A stretch of DNA of 64,000 bases from an uncultured Planctomycetota bacterium (GCA_963841915.1 CAWJEN010000005.1:1250717-1314716), one strand, 5' to 3'. Numbered from the stretch's first letter, positions 1-10,231 are shown. The notes: generated by a model from the sequence alone, not told the origin. Translations and numbers: made by a program.

Positions 1-1647
1 GCGGACGACAGAGGGCGACGGATCCTTGAGCAATTGCTTGCGGACGTCGCTGTTGACGGGCATGACCTCGAAGGCGGCGGTGCGGCCCTTGTAGCCGAGT
101 CCGCCGCAGAACGGGCAGGTGACGGGGTTGCCACGCTGGTCCATCATCGGCTCGGTGCGGGCCTTGTAGAGCTCGCTGACCTTGCCCTTGGAGATTCCAA
201 GTTTCGCCAAAGCGTTATCGCTCGGCTCGTACGGGACCTTGCAGGCGTCGCACAACTTCCGCATGATTCGGCCGGCGACCACGAGCTGCAGCTTGGCCAA
301 TGCGGCCTTAGCGTCGCCGATCTGCTTGATCCAGGTGTTGATCGCTGCGGCGGCGTCATCGGCACGCAGGCCGACGTACGCCACCGGGCCGGGCTCTTCG
401 ACGACACGCAGAACCTCCTTGGCCGCCTGATTTCCCGCAGGGCGATCGGCTAGGAACACGTCAGGCCGTTGATCCGCCAGCCACGAGTACTGCTTGGCGT
501 GTTCGTTCGGATTCTCGCCGACGGTCGTCTGCTGGATGCCTTCGAGTTCGAGGCGTGGGGACCGCTCTGCGGTGACGATGTGCCTCGTGAAGGCATCATG
601 TTCGTGGAGCAGGCCATATTCGAGAGCGTCGAGCCCGCCCCCTTCGGGTGCCGCGGCCAGGACCAGGCCGCCGTCACTGTCGCGGAAGGCCTCGAGCTGC
701 TCCTTCTGCGGCGTGGACAGGCCGAGCTGCGAGGCCCGCAGCTTGTACCGATTCTCTACATCGACTTCCAGCACCGCCGTTTCGCCCGTGCGGGTGCCGC
801 GGGTGGTGAGCTGAATGCTGTGCGAGCCCTTGCTCGTGCGTGCTTTGAACTGACCGACCTGGACCTTGCGGGTCTCGGAGGTGTCGAGCCCGCCGAGTTC
901 TTTGAGGTAAGCGATGGCATGGATGGCCGCTTCGGCTTCGTAGGCGAGGCCGGCATGGTCGACGCCGTCGACGGTCATCTTCGTGCCGAAGCGTTCCTGT
1001 GCGGGTGCCTCTGCGGTGGCCGGTCGCGGGCTGATCTGGACGATGGCGATCCGCTCGGATTCTTTCTCGAGCGGGTCTGCCAACATCTGGTGGGCCGTGT
1101 TCATGCCGAGTTTGCCGGCCTCGTCGTCGTCGCTGACGCTGAGCTTCTTGCCAGACTTGCTGGTAAGCGTGACGTTGCCTGCGGCAATGGCCTCTTCCTT
1201 CTCCTTTTCCTTGACCTTGTCCTTTTTCTTCGGAGACAGCAGGTCCTTGACGTAGGCCTTGAACTGATCGGGCAGGTCCTTGAGGCCGACCGTCGAATTG
1301 CGCCAGACAAGATAGCCGATGATGCCACCCGCCAGCAGGACAACGGTGGCACCAAGGGCCATCCAGAAGTTCGGCAGGAAGATGATCAGCGCCAGCGTGA
1401 CCACCAGCAGCACCCAAAGGCCGATGTTGATCGGCTCACGGGGCAGGCGGGCAGGTGTCGCGTCCTTGTCGACGAACTGCATCGTCCGCAGAAACGAGAC
1501 GATGCCGATGAACAGCAGGAGGAGCTTCCACCAGCCGATGTAGGGGCCGACGTCCAGCGTCGAGCCACCACCGTCAGCCCCTGCGGCTTGGGCGAGCGGG
1601 GTCAGGATCAGAGACAAGGCGTTGAAGTCGTGCACGGGCGGCGACAT
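1..1647 (-). CDS. Membrane-anchored PilB/GspE-like (T2SS/T4P) ATPase homolog with degenerate catalytic motifs; 3' end runs off the window
   Basis: Manual translation from ATG 1647 (not in the ORF track; 469..1674+ is its antisense shadow). N-terminal hydrophobic helices, then RIMRKLCDACK...CPFCGGLGYKGRTAAFEVM, the tetracysteine and YKGR motifs of PilB/GspE. Confidence 0.8.
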   Translation of the reverse strand, partial: MSPPVHDFNALSLILTPLAQAAGADGGGSTLDVGPYIGWWKLLLLFIGIVSFLRTMQFVDKDATPARLPREPINIGLWVLLVVTLALIIFLPNFWMALGATVVLLAGGIIGYLVWRNSTVGLKDLPDQFKAYVKDLLSPKKKDKVKEKEKEEAIAAGNVTLTSKSGKKLSVSDDDEAGKLGMNTAHQMLADPLEKESERIAIVQISPRPATAEAPAQERFGTKMTVDGVDHAGLAYEAEAAIHAIAYLKELGGLDTSETRKVQVGQFKARTSKGSHSIQLTTRGTRTGETAVLEVDVENRYKLRASQLGLSTPQKEQLEAFRDSDGGLVLAAAPEGGGLDALEYGLLHEHDAFTRHIVTAERSPRLELEGIQQTTVGENPNEHAKQYSWLADQRPDVFLADRPAGNQAAKEVLRVVEEPGPVAYVGLRADDAAAAINTWIKQIGDAKAALAKLQLVVAGRIMRKLCDACKVPYEPSDNALAKLGISKGKVSELYKARTEPMMDQRGNPVTCPFCGGLGYKGRTAAFEVMPVNSDVRKQLLKDPSPSVVR

Positions 1648-1799
1648 CCGAATCCTCCGGACGGATCGGGCTGAAATGGAGACGCGAGCGGTGCCGGGCG
1701 GCGTTGGGGTGCTCGCGGTGAGGCGGGAGCGTCATCGTAACGCGAAAGCTGCCGTCTGGCGAACCGGCGGACCGTTCGGCACGGCAATGCTCCCGAACA

Positions 1800-2906
1800 T
1801 CACGCCGCGTACGGCTCAAACGGCAGGTCCAGCGCCGTCGCGACCGGCCGATACGTCACCTTCCCGGCGTGCAGATTCAGCCCCGCCGCCAGGCCCGCGT
1901 CCTGGGCCAACGCCTCCTTCACCCCAGCGTCGGCGAGCGCCACCACGTAGGGCAACGTCGCATTACACAGCGCAAACGTGCTCGTTCGGCTCACCGCACC
2001 GGGCATGTTGGCCACGCAGTAGTGCACGACGCCGTCGATGACGAAGGTCGGCTCGTGGTGCGTCGTCGGCCGCGTCGTCTCGATGCAGCCGCCCTGATCG
2101 ACTGCGACATCGACGATAACAGCCCCGTCTTTCATGCCCGGCAACATGTCACGCGTCACGAGCCTCGGCGCCTTGGCCCCGGGAATGAGCACCGCACCGA
2201 TAACCAGATCGGCCCGGTTCACGTACTCGGCGATGGTGTGTGGATCGCTGAAGACCGTCTTGACGTTGGCGGGCATGATGTCGTCGAGGTACCGAAGCCG
2301 ATCGATGTTGATGTCGAGGATGTCGACGTTCGCTCCCATGCCGGCGGCAATTTTGGCGGCGCAGGTGCCGACGATGCCGCCGCCCAGCACGCAGACGTCG
2401 CCCGGTGCCACACCCGGCACGCCACCCAGCAGCACGCCGCGACCACCGTTGGGCCGCTCGAGGTACTTGGCACCTTCCTGAACACTCATTTTTCCGGCAA
2501 TTTCGCTCATCGGTGTCAGCAATGGCAGGCGGCCCTCGGCATCGACCACCGTCTCGTAGGCGATTGCGGTGATGTTCGCGTCGAGACACGCCTGCGTGAT
2601 CTCCGGCGCAGCGGCCAGGTGGTAGTAGCCGAAGACCGTCTGCCCCGGCTTGTACATTGCCGCCTCAGAGACTTGCGGCTCCTTTACCTTCACGATCATG
2701 TCGGCCTGCTCGCAGATAGCCTGGGCCGAAGAGACAATCGTCGCGCCGGCAGCCTCGAACTCGGCGTCGGTGAGCCCGCTGCCTAAGCCCGCGCCCCGCT
2801 CGATCAGCACGGTGTGACCCCGCCTTGTCAGCGTGGCAGCGCCGGCTGGGACCAGGGCGATGCGACTTTCGTCGGCCTTTATCTCGGTAGGAACGCCAAC
2901 GATCAT
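1800..2906 (-). CDS. ald: Alanine dehydrogenase
   Basis: [56 protein letters not shown] 2906 chosen rather than the ORF-track start 3467. Confidence 0.95.
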   Translation of the reverse strand: MIVGVPTEIKADESRIALVPAGAATLTRRGHTVLIERGAGLGSGLTDAEFEAAGATIVSSAQAICEQADMIVKVKEPQVSEAAMYKPGQTVFGYYHLAAAPEITQACLDANITAIAYETVVDAEGRLPLLTPMSEIAGKMSVQEGAKYLERPNGGRGVLLGGVPGVAPGDVCVLGGGIVGTCAAKIAAGMGANVDILDINIDRLRYLDDIMPANVKTVFSDPHTIAEYVNRADLVIGAVLIPGAKAPRLVTRDMLPGMKDGAVIVDVAVDQGGCIETTRPTTHHEPTFVIDGVVHYCVANMPGAVSRTSTFALCNATLPYVVALADAGVKEALAQDAGLAAGLNLHAGKVTYRPVATALDLPFEPYAA

Positions 2907-2999
2907 GGGCCAAAGCGTATTGCCGTCAAAGGCACGATGTGTGACCGGCCGCTTGCGACGTTGCCCGCGTGCCGGGTGGCCGGTAGTCTCGCTGCGAAG

Positions 3000-3491
3000 A
3001 TGGCCGATACGTCCGACGATTCTGCAGGCGATGCCTTGCCTCCTGCGGGAAGCGGACCGGTCAGCGTGGTCGGACCGACGCCGCAGGGCGTGCCGATGGA
3101 GCTGAGCCGCATCATCATCAGCGAGCTGCAGGATCAGCAGATCATCGTCCTGCAGGAAATCGACGGCCCGCGTCAGTTTCCCATCGTGATCGGCAGCCCG
3201 GAGGCCATCGCCATCGACCGCCGACTCAAAGGCATCGTCCATGCCCGACCGCTCACGCACGACCTGCTGGCAACCGTCGTCGAAGCGCTCGGCGGCACGA
3301 TCAGCCGCATCGAGATCCATAACCTGCAGGATCACACCTTCTTCGCCCGCATCATCATCAAGCGCAAAGGTGCGAAAGGTACGGACTGGATAGAGGTCGA
3401 CAGCCGCCCGAGCGACGCACTCGCAGTCGGCGTGGCAACGAACGTGCCGGTCTACGTGGCAGAGCACGTGCTAAATGACGTCATCGGCTAA
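3000..3491 (+). CDS. Bifunctional nuclease (DUF151) family protein
   Basis: FPIVIGSPEAIAI, RPLTHDL, EVDSRPSDALAV; start approximate. Confidence 0.9.
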   Translation: MADTSDDSAGDALPPAGSGPVSVVGPTPQGVPMELSRIIISELQDQQIIVLQEIDGPRQFPIVIGSPEAIAIDRRLKGIVHARPLTHDLLATVVEALGGTISRIEIHNLQDHTFFARIIIKRKGAKGTDWIEVDSRPSDALAVGVATNVPVYVAEHVLNDVIG

Positions 3492-3608
3492 CGACCTGTC
3501 GGCCACCCTGTTGTGCAAGTGCAGTTCATGGACTGCCAGTCCCGATGTTAAACGAAGGTTGGCTCCCGGCCGCGCTGCCCGGTGTTCTAAGGCGAAGTCA
3601 CGGCGGGA

Positions 3609-5396
3609 TCAGCGACCTCGGTGCCGCCTGCGAAGGGCGGCAAGGCTCAGGAGGCCCAGCGACCAGGCAGGTTCAGGAACCGTCGCCGCCCACTCGTCGA
3701 TGGCCGCAAGATCAGCCGATGAGCCCCCGAAACTTGCCCGCAGGAGCGCGAAGTCGAGAATGCTGACAACGCCGTCAAGGTTGAAGTCGCCGTTGGTAAA
3801 GTAGACGCGATCTGACTCTCCAAATCTGTCTCGAAGGATGGCAAAATCGAGAATGGTGACGACGCCGTCGAGGTTTGCGTCCCCTGGCACGACATCATCT
3901 ATGTCAGGAGGCGTCCAGAGAACTATCGCGTTGTCTTCGTTCGAGTAGACCACTTCTCCGCGGTCATTGATACCGTCGCCGTCCAGACCAGTATTTCCGA
4001 TGCTGGTTGACACGCCGACGCCGCCGCGACCGAGTTCCAGAAGTCCAAGCTCGTCGTCGAAGAACAACAATGCCTGCAGACCAACGTCGTCGGAGGAATC
4101 GGTGACCGTTGCATGGAACAGCACCTGCCCGGCCTCGTTCATTGTTCTGCTGATGACGAACGGAAGCGGATCGTCGAGACTTGTGATCGTCCCGCCGCCC
4201 GGTGCGGCGTCGCCGACTTGGGCGACCACAACAGTCTCCGAAGGTCCTGCCCTGAGGATCGCATCGGTGCTGCTGGAACCGACCACAACCTCCCCGAGGC
4301 CGACGATTTGGCCGGCATCGTTGAGGACCTCGATGTCGGTCAGGCGGTAGCCGACACCCTGAACGGTGACGCCCTGATCGATGAGCAGATGCGATGTCTG
4401 GCCATCGGTGAGAACAACTGCTCGCCGAGCACCGCCACCACCTGAACCATCCAGGACGACCGCCACCGCCACCTGTCCGCTGTTGTTCGGGCCGCTCAAG
4501 CTGGTGTCACCGGTCACCGCGTTGCTGCCGGGCAAGATGGCGGAAACGCGATTGCTGCCGACCATGCTGTTGACGGCGAGTAGTTCGATATTAACGCTGC
4601 CATCCGAGAGAATGGCCGCCCTAGGGGTGCTGCCGAACCCGCTCCCTTGAAACGCAGCAAGATAGGCGACGTGCCCCGCATCATTGATGCTGGGCCGTCT
4701 TTGCAACGGAATGCTGATCACGGAGCCGGCAACTGTCGTGTCTTGAAACCTGGCGACGAGGGATCGCGTCGCTCCGTCACCAACGACGATCGGGAAACCG
4801 ACGACTCCGTCTACTGTGGTAACGCGTGTGGCGACTGCGCCGTTCGCGCTGATACTCGGTGTGAAGAAGTTGCGGCTTCCCGAACCGCCACCTACGCCCT
4901 GGATATGACCGATCTCAATCACTGGCGGCGCACCGGCGACCAGTACATCACCGACCTCAACCACGGCGTCAACGATTCCGTTGCGGTATGTGTAAAGGCC
5001 GCTGACGTCGGTCACATTGTTGAAAGCCGTAAAGCCGAAGTCGCCGTTGTCGTTGAGCGATGCCGCCATGCTGCCGTCGAAAATATCGAAGTCATATTGC
5101 GCTCCTTCGGAAGATTGCCCCACACTTGGAATGGAAAGCTTGGCACGGCCTCCTGCGGCGGTGGTATAGACGCCACTCGTCAACTCGATCGTGCTGAAGT
5201 CAATCGCGGCGACAGCGATGACACCGTTGTTATTGATGATTGGCACTTGCCTGAAGGGCACCAGTAGCGATGCCGCAGTGGGGTCTGCCGCCCCAGGACC
5301 GATGACGATTTCGCGAGTAGCAATCGCCTGCCCCCGCGCCACCGAAACGCAAGAGACAAGCGTGCAGCCGAAAACGATATGTCGAATCATCCCCAT
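3609..5396 (-). CDS. PEP-CTERM surface protein with NxxGxxAF-type repeats and a dockerin-like domain
   Basis: Signal peptide; repeats INNNGVIA/LNDNGDFGF/INDAGHVAY/MNEAGQVLF; duplicated GDANLDGVVTILDFAILR / GDFNLDGVVSILDFALLR; C-terminal VPEP-hydrophobic-RRR. Confidence 0.85.
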   Translation of the reverse strand: MGMIRHIVFGCTLVSCVSVARGQAIATREIVIGPGAADPTAASLLVPFRQVPIINNNGVIAVAAIDFSTIELTSGVYTTAAGGRAKLSIPSVGQSSEGAQYDFDIFDGSMAASLNDNGDFGFTAFNNVTDVSGLYTYRNGIVDAVVEVGDVLVAGAPPVIEIGHIQGVGGGSGSRNFFTPSISANGAVATRVTTVDGVVGFPIVVGDGATRSLVARFQDTTVAGSVISIPLQRRPSINDAGHVAYLAAFQGSGFGSTPRAAILSDGSVNIELLAVNSMVGSNRVSAILPGSNAVTGDTSLSGPNNSGQVAVAVVLDGSGGGGARRAVVLTDGQTSHLLIDQGVTVQGVGYRLTDIEVLNDAGQIVGLGEVVVGSSSTDAILRAGPSETVVVAQVGDAAPGGGTITSLDDPLPFVISRTMNEAGQVLFHATVTDSSDDVGLQALLFFDDELGLLELGRGGVGVSTSIGNTGLDGDGINDRGEVVYSNEDNAIVLWTPPDIDDVVPGDANLDGVVTILDFAILRDRFGESDRVYFTNGDFNLDGVVSILDFALLRASFGGSSADLAAIDEWAATVPEPAWSLGLLSLAALRRRHRGR

Positions 5397-5442
5397 CGGA
5401 ATGAAAGGTAACAGGTTGTAATGCGTTGCACCAATGACACGA

Positions 5443-5470
5443 CGGCGGCCTCCCGGTGCGGAGGCCGCCG
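5443..5470 (-). terminator. Hairpin downstream of flagellin (putative terminator)
   Basis: CGGCGGCCTCC-N6-GGAGGCCGCCG; no clear U-tract. Confidence 0.45.
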
Positions 5471-5528
5471 CGTCTGGCGGTCAGAGTCCGTCAGGACCCG
5501 CCGCCGAGCGTCAGGATGAAAGTGCCGC

Positions 5529-6926
5529 TCACTGCAGCAGCGACAGCACCTGCTGCGGGGTCGAGTTGGCCTGCGAGAGGATCGACGTGTTGGCCTGCGT
5601 CAGAATCTGAGCGCGGGTCAAAGCGGCGGTCTCGGCGGCGAAGTCGGCGTCGCGGATCGAGCTTTCGGCAGCGGTCACGTTCTCGCGGGCGACACGAAGC
5701 GAGTTCATGTTCGTCTCGAGAACGTTCTTCTGCAAAGCACCCAGGCGGCCACGCATGGTGGCGATGCCGCCGATGGAGGCGTCGAGAATGTTCTGGGCGT
5801 CCGTCGTGTTGCCGGAGACGAGGCTGAAGGCGCCGCCGCTTCCGAGCTGGCTGAGGAAGCCGACGACGTCGTTACCGAGCTTGGCCGTGTTGACGCTCTG
5901 GATTCCGAGGTTGACCTGGCCCTGGTCGCCGACGCGGGAGCCGACCTGGAAGGTCGCACCACCACCGGTGATGTCGAAGACCTGATCGACGGCCGTCTGG
6001 GTCAGGAAGTTGGCGGTGAGGTCGAGCTCGAGATCGAGTCCGCCGACACGGCTCTTGACGCTGAGGCCGTCGGCCTCGGCGGCTGCGCCGTTGACGGTGA
6101 TGGTCGCCTCGACACCCTCGTCGCGGGTGCCGGACGCGGTCCATGTACCAGCGACGGCCTCGACGGTGACGAAGCTCTTGGCCCCGTAGCCGATCGAATC
6201 GAAGTGGACGTTACCGCCACTGACCGTGGCGCTGACACCGGTGCTGTCGGTGAGCTGGTTGACCGCAAAGGCCATCGCACTGACGGCGGTGTTGCTGGCG
6301 AAGGTGAGCTGCTCGACGCCCTTGTTGCCACCGATGTCGAGGGTGGTGATGTTGGCGGTCGGGCCGTTACGGGTGATGCGACCGGTCTCGGCGCTGCTGG
6401 TGACGTTGACCTGAATGTTCAGCGGGCCGTTGTCGGGCAGGTTGGCACTGTTGACGCGGGCGTTGGTGACGTTGCTGGCCGTGACGCCGCTGAGCTGGTA
6501 GTCCTTCTGGCCGTTGAGCAGCAACTCACCGTTGAACGTGGTGGTGTTGCTGATGCGGTTGATCGAGCCGAGGATGGCGTCGACCTGAAGCTGGTTGGCT
6601 TCAATTTCTGCCGGCGAGAGGGCACCGGAGTTGGCGGCCTCGACGGTCAGGCTCTGGACTTCCAGGAGCAGCGAGTTGATCTCGGCGAGGCTGCCCTCTG
6701 CCGTGTTGATCACGTTGATGGCGCGGGCCGAATTGTCGATCGCCTGGCTGATACCGGCGACCTCGCTCCGCATGTTCTCACTGGCGATTAGGGCGGCAGG
6801 GCCGTCCTTGCCGGTGTTGATCTTCAGGCCCGTGCTGAGGCGCTGCAGGCGCATCGACAGGTCGCCGTTGTTGGTGTTGAGCGAGCGCTGCGCTTGCAGC
6901 GAATTGATGTTGGTGTTGATCCGCAT
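5529..6926 (-). CDS. fliC: Flagellin
   Basis: MRINTNINSLQAQR...LQRLSTGLKIN; C-terminal SSIRDADFAAETAALTRAQIL...PQQVLSLLQ. Confidence 0.95.
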   Translation of the reverse strand: MRINTNINSLQAQRSLNTNNGDLSMRLQRLSTGLKINTGKDGPAALIASENMRSEVAGISQAIDNSARAINVINTAEGSLAEINSLLLEVQSLTVEAANSGALSPAEIEANQLQVDAILGSINRISNTTTFNGELLLNGQKDYQLSGVTASNVTNARVNSANLPDNGPLNIQVNVTSSAETGRITRNGPTANITTLDIGGNKGVEQLTFASNTAVSAMAFAVNQLTDSTGVSATVSGGNVHFDSIGYGAKSFVTVEAVAGTWTASGTRDEGVEATITVNGAAAEADGLSVKSRVGGLDLELDLTANFLTQTAVDQVFDITGGGATFQVGSRVGDQGQVNLGIQSVNTAKLGNDVVGFLSQLGSGGAFSLVSGNTTDAQNILDASIGGIATMRGRLGALQKNVLETNMNSLRVARENVTAAESSIRDADFAAETAALTRAQILTQANTSILSQANSTPQQVLSLLQ

Positions 6927-6972
6927 GGAGTGAGACCTTCCGTGGTCTAAGAGAAAAAACGGTGTTGGCCTG

Positions 6973-6986
6973 GTTCATCCGTGAAC
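6973..6986 (-). promoter_or_regulatory. Putative CsrA-binding hairpin in the flagellin 5' UTR
   Basis: Minus strand GTTCA-CGGA-TGAAC: ANGGA motif with GGA in the loop, ~46 nt upstream of the ATG. Confidence 0.55.
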
Positions 6987-7121
6987 GTCGGCTGATAGCA
7001 ATGTCGGTATCAGACTGTCATGGGCAACAACGCCGGACGTTGCCGGCCCACGTCCCATAAGCAGGTCCGGTAAAACAGCCGCTACGCCTCCAGGCGGCGG
7101 CATCGCTACGCTGCCGGTCCG

Positions 7122-9119
7122 ATGCAGATCAGCACCGAGTGGCTAACCGACTTTCTTGACACCGTCCCGCCCACCGAGGCCGCCGGTGATGCGTTGACTA
7201 TGGCCGGTTATCCCGTCGAAGAGGTTGAGGTCGTCGACGGCGTCGACGTCATGGACGTCGAGGTCACCAGCAATCGGCCCGACCTGCTGTGCCACCTCGG
7301 CGTCGCCCGCGAACTCGCCGCCGTGGCCGGTGGCACGTTCACGCTCACCGACGCGCAGCCACTGGAGGCGGGCGAACCACATGACGTGCAGGTCGCCATC
7401 GAGGTAACCGACCTGTGCCCGCATTACACGGCCAGACTGCTCCGCGACATCACGATCAAGCCGTCCCCGGACCACCTCATCAAGCGGCTCACGCACGTCG
7501 GGCTCAGGCCGATCAACAACGTCGTCGACGTCACCAACTATGTCCTGTTCGAGCTGGGCCAGCCACTTCACGCCTTCGACTACGACAAGCTCGCCGGTGG
7601 CAGAATTGTTGTGAGACTGGCAAAGCAGGGCGAAACCCTCCGCACCCTCGACGGCGTCGACCGCAAGCTCACCACAAGTGACCTCGTCATTGCCGATGCC
7701 GAAAAGCCCGTTGCACTTGCCGGCGTCATGGGTGGCGAAGCGACGGAGGTCACCGCTTCGACCAAGAACGTTCTGCTCGAGTCGGCCCGGTTCGATCCGC
7801 TGAGCGTCCGCAACACGAGCCGTCGGCTCAAGCTCATGAGCGACTCCTCATTCCGCTTCGAACGCGGCCTTGATCCCACCCTCGCCCACCGCGCCTCCCG
7901 CCGGGCAGCCTCGCTCATCCTCGACACCGCCGGTGGCACGCTCTGCAAAGGCGTCAGCGAGGCCGGTAGCGGCAACTACGAGCCCAAGCACCTGACCGTC
8001 CGCTGGGCCGCCATGAAGCGACTGCTCGGCGTCGATCTGCCACGCGAAGGCGTGATGGCGGCCCTCGACAAGCTGGGCCTGTCACCGACGCCCACCGACG
8101 ACGGCATCCAGACGACGATCCCATCGCACCGGCTCGACCTGTCGATTGAGGCCGACCTCATCGAAGAGGCCGCCCGCGTTGTCGGGTACGACAAGATCCC
8201 GCTGCGCGAAACCATCACCGTCCGCGTGCGGCCTGAAGATGTGAAGCTGCGGGCCAACGACATCGCCCGCACCGTTCTGACCGCAGCCGGGTGCGACGAG
8301 GCGATCACGTTCAGCTTTGTCAGCGACGCATTGAAGGATCTTTTTCTACCGGCAGATGCGAAGCTTCGTCGCGTCGATCCCGGCGTACGCAAGGCCGACG
8401 GTGCTCTGCGGCCGAGCGTGCTACCGGGCCTGCTCCAGTCGCTCCGTCACAACGAGACCGTCGGCAACGACAATGTCAAACTCTTCGAGATCGGCAGTGC
8501 GTTCTGGTTCGATGCGAAAGGCCCCTGCGAAGTCCGCCGGCTCGCCGTGGTCGGCGGAACCGACTACGCACGCTGCCGTGGCACCATTGAAACGCTGCTC
8601 GAGCGGCTCGACCCGTCACGCCTCGTCCGCGTCGAGTCGGCCGACGCGGCTGGCTTTGGCAAGGGTGCGTGCGGCCGCGTCTTGTGGGGCGATGAGCCTG
8701 TCGGGCACGTCGGCCTTTGCGATGCAGCCGTCGTCAATGCTCTGGATCTTCGGCACACGCCGACCATGGCGGAACTCGACTATGACGCGCTCGTCCGCGG
8801 CCTGAACGAGCCGACGAAGCCCGGCAGCCTCGCCAGATTCCCCGCCGCCCGCCGGGACGTGTCGCTCGTGGTCGCCGACCGCGTTTCCTACGACGAGCTG
8901 GCTGACCTTGCGACGGAGTTAAACCTCAGTGACCTCGTCGGCGTCGAGCACGGCGGCACCTACCGCGGCAAGCCCCTCGAGAAGCAGAGCAAGTCCGTCA
9001 CCCTCACCCTTGTCTTCCGCCGCGACGACGCGACGGTGCCGCGTGAGCACGCAGAGGAACAGGTGGCCAGGCTCGTTAGCCTCGCGTCGCAGCGATTCGA
9101 TGCCGAAGTCCGCAAGTAG
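7122..9119 (+). CDS. pheT: Phenylalanine-tRNA ligase beta subunit (short form, no OB/B2 insertion)
   Basis: EVTSNRPDLL, PINNVVDVTNYVLFELGQPLHAFD, SSFRFERG, DLIEEAARVVGYD, C-terminal FPAARRDVS anticodon-binding domain. Confidence 0.95.
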   Translation: MQISTEWLTDFLDTVPPTEAAGDALTMAGYPVEEVEVVDGVDVMDVEVTSNRPDLLCHLGVARELAAVAGGTFTLTDAQPLEAGEPHDVQVAIEVTDLCPHYTARLLRDITIKPSPDHLIKRLTHVGLRPINNVVDVTNYVLFELGQPLHAFDYDKLAGGRIVVRLAKQGETLRTLDGVDRKLTTSDLVIADAEKPVALAGVMGGEATEVTASTKNVLLESARFDPLSVRNTSRRLKLMSDSSFRFERGLDPTLAHRASRRAASLILDTAGGTLCKGVSEAGSGNYEPKHLTVRWAAMKRLLGVDLPREGVMAALDKLGLSPTPTDDGIQTTIPSHRLDLSIEADLIEEAARVVGYDKIPLRETITVRVRPEDVKLRANDIARTVLTAAGCDEAITFSFVSDALKDLFLPADAKLRRVDPGVRKADGALRPSVLPGLLQSLRHNETVGNDNVKLFEIGSAFWFDAKGPCEVRRLAVVGGTDYARCRGTIETLLERLDPSRLVRVESADAAGFGKGACGRVLWGDEPVGHVGLCDAAVVNALDLRHTPTMAELDYDALVRGLNEPTKPGSLARFPAARRDVSLVVADRVSYDELADLATELNLSDLVGVEHGGTYRGKPLEKQSKSVTLTLVFRRDDATVPREHAEEQVARLVSLASQRFDAEVRK

Positions 9120-9253
9120 ACGCCGAAAGTGGCGGTCCGTCAGCGGAACCCTCGACCTCAGCCACCCCGCTCACCTGCACTCGGGATGACAGAGAGACTT
9201 TGGGAGCAAGACGCCAATCACGTTTCTTGCTGAGGTTCAGCAGCCAGGAACAT

Positions 9254-10231
9254 TCAGCGTTGCCTGACGAATACTGCATCTGGGACATCAAGCCGCTTCC
9301 GCGCCTCGGCCGTTTCTTCGAGGAAGCGAAGCCCGTCCTGCCAGTAGCCGGCCGTCGGCTTCAGACCTTTGACTTCGCGCTGCCAGTAGGCGTTGAGCCG
9401 TTCCATGGCCCGCTCGCGCACGTACTTGGCCATGCACGACGCCGCTGCCGTCGGCAGGCAGAGCGACTCGCCTTTCTCCGCGAACGTCAGCCGCGCCTTC
9501 GCCTCACCGCGAGTCAGCAGGTACGTGCTTGTGCCGTCCGACTCGTCGAGCACCGTCAGCTCCCAGGCTTCGAACATCGTCCTTAGAAATGAGCCGTAGT
9601 GCGACCTGCCGCCTTGGCGATCAAGCACGACGTACAGCCCACCGGGCGAGGCGGCATGGGCCTCCATCAGGTCGTATAGCAGCGATGCAACGACGGTCTG
9701 CAACGCGGCCGCCTTGTTGCGGGTCTTGTTGCAAAGCTCGTTGTACTGCCCCTCGAACAGGGCCCGCACGGTCGGCCGCAGCAGCTCGACACCTGTCGCG
9801 TCGGCTTCGTGCCTCACCGCATTGACGGAGATGCCCAGCGTCGTCGGGCTGATGCTCGCCGGGTGCGTCTCTTTCGGCGGCTGGGTGTACCAGGCGTAGC
9901 CGGGAAACGTCACGCCGACCGCTTCAAAAAAAGCCTCCAGCGTCTCCGCCTGCGAACCTGCCGCTGCAGTCAGCGTCAAGGCCGTCCGCTCAAGCTCGCC
10001 CGCACCCGCCTTGGCCCGGCCGGCGTAGACCTTCTTCGAGTCGGCCACGTGCAGCCGTCGGCCTGTCTTGTCACGCGACTGCGACATCGCCCGGCGAAGC
10101 AACTGCCACGCGTCTGGCGGTGACTCGCTCGTCATCGCATCGCCGTCGGGTAGACGCACCGCACAAGCCCCCACGCACAATGGCCCGAGCAACGGCCCGA
10201 ATCCTGCTTCATCAATGCCGGCCAGAATCAT
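9254..10231 (-). CDS. Ribonuclease HII-like protein (divergent)
   Basis: ILAGIDEAGFGPLLGPL, VADSKK, AAASCMAKYVRE. Confidence 0.75.
   Translation of the reverse strand: MILAGIDEAGFGPLLGPLCVGACAVRLPDGDAMTSESPPDAWQLLRRAMSQSRDKTGRRLHVADSKKVYAGRAKAGAGELERTALTLTAAAGSQAETLEAFFEAVGVTFPGYAWYTQPPKETHPASISPTTLGISVNAVRHEADATGVELLRPTVRALFEGQYNELCNKTRNKAAALQTVVASLLYDLMEAHAASPGGLYVVLDRQGGRSHYGSFLRTMFEAWELTVLDESDGTSTYLLTRGEAKARLTFAEKGESLCLPTAAASCMAKYVRERAMERLNAYWQREVKGLKPTAGYWQDGLRFLEETAEARKRLDVPDAVFVRQR

Noticed and set aside
469..1674. 401-aa plus-strand ORF and other long antisense ORFs (52138..53949, 60306..62114, 24157..25626, 50506..51711)
   Set aside because: Antisense shadows of well-supported genes in high-GC DNA, with no recognisable motifs.
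6990..7080. Sigma-28 promoter for flagellin
   Set aside because: Only weak CCGAC matches, with no properly spaced TAAA -35.
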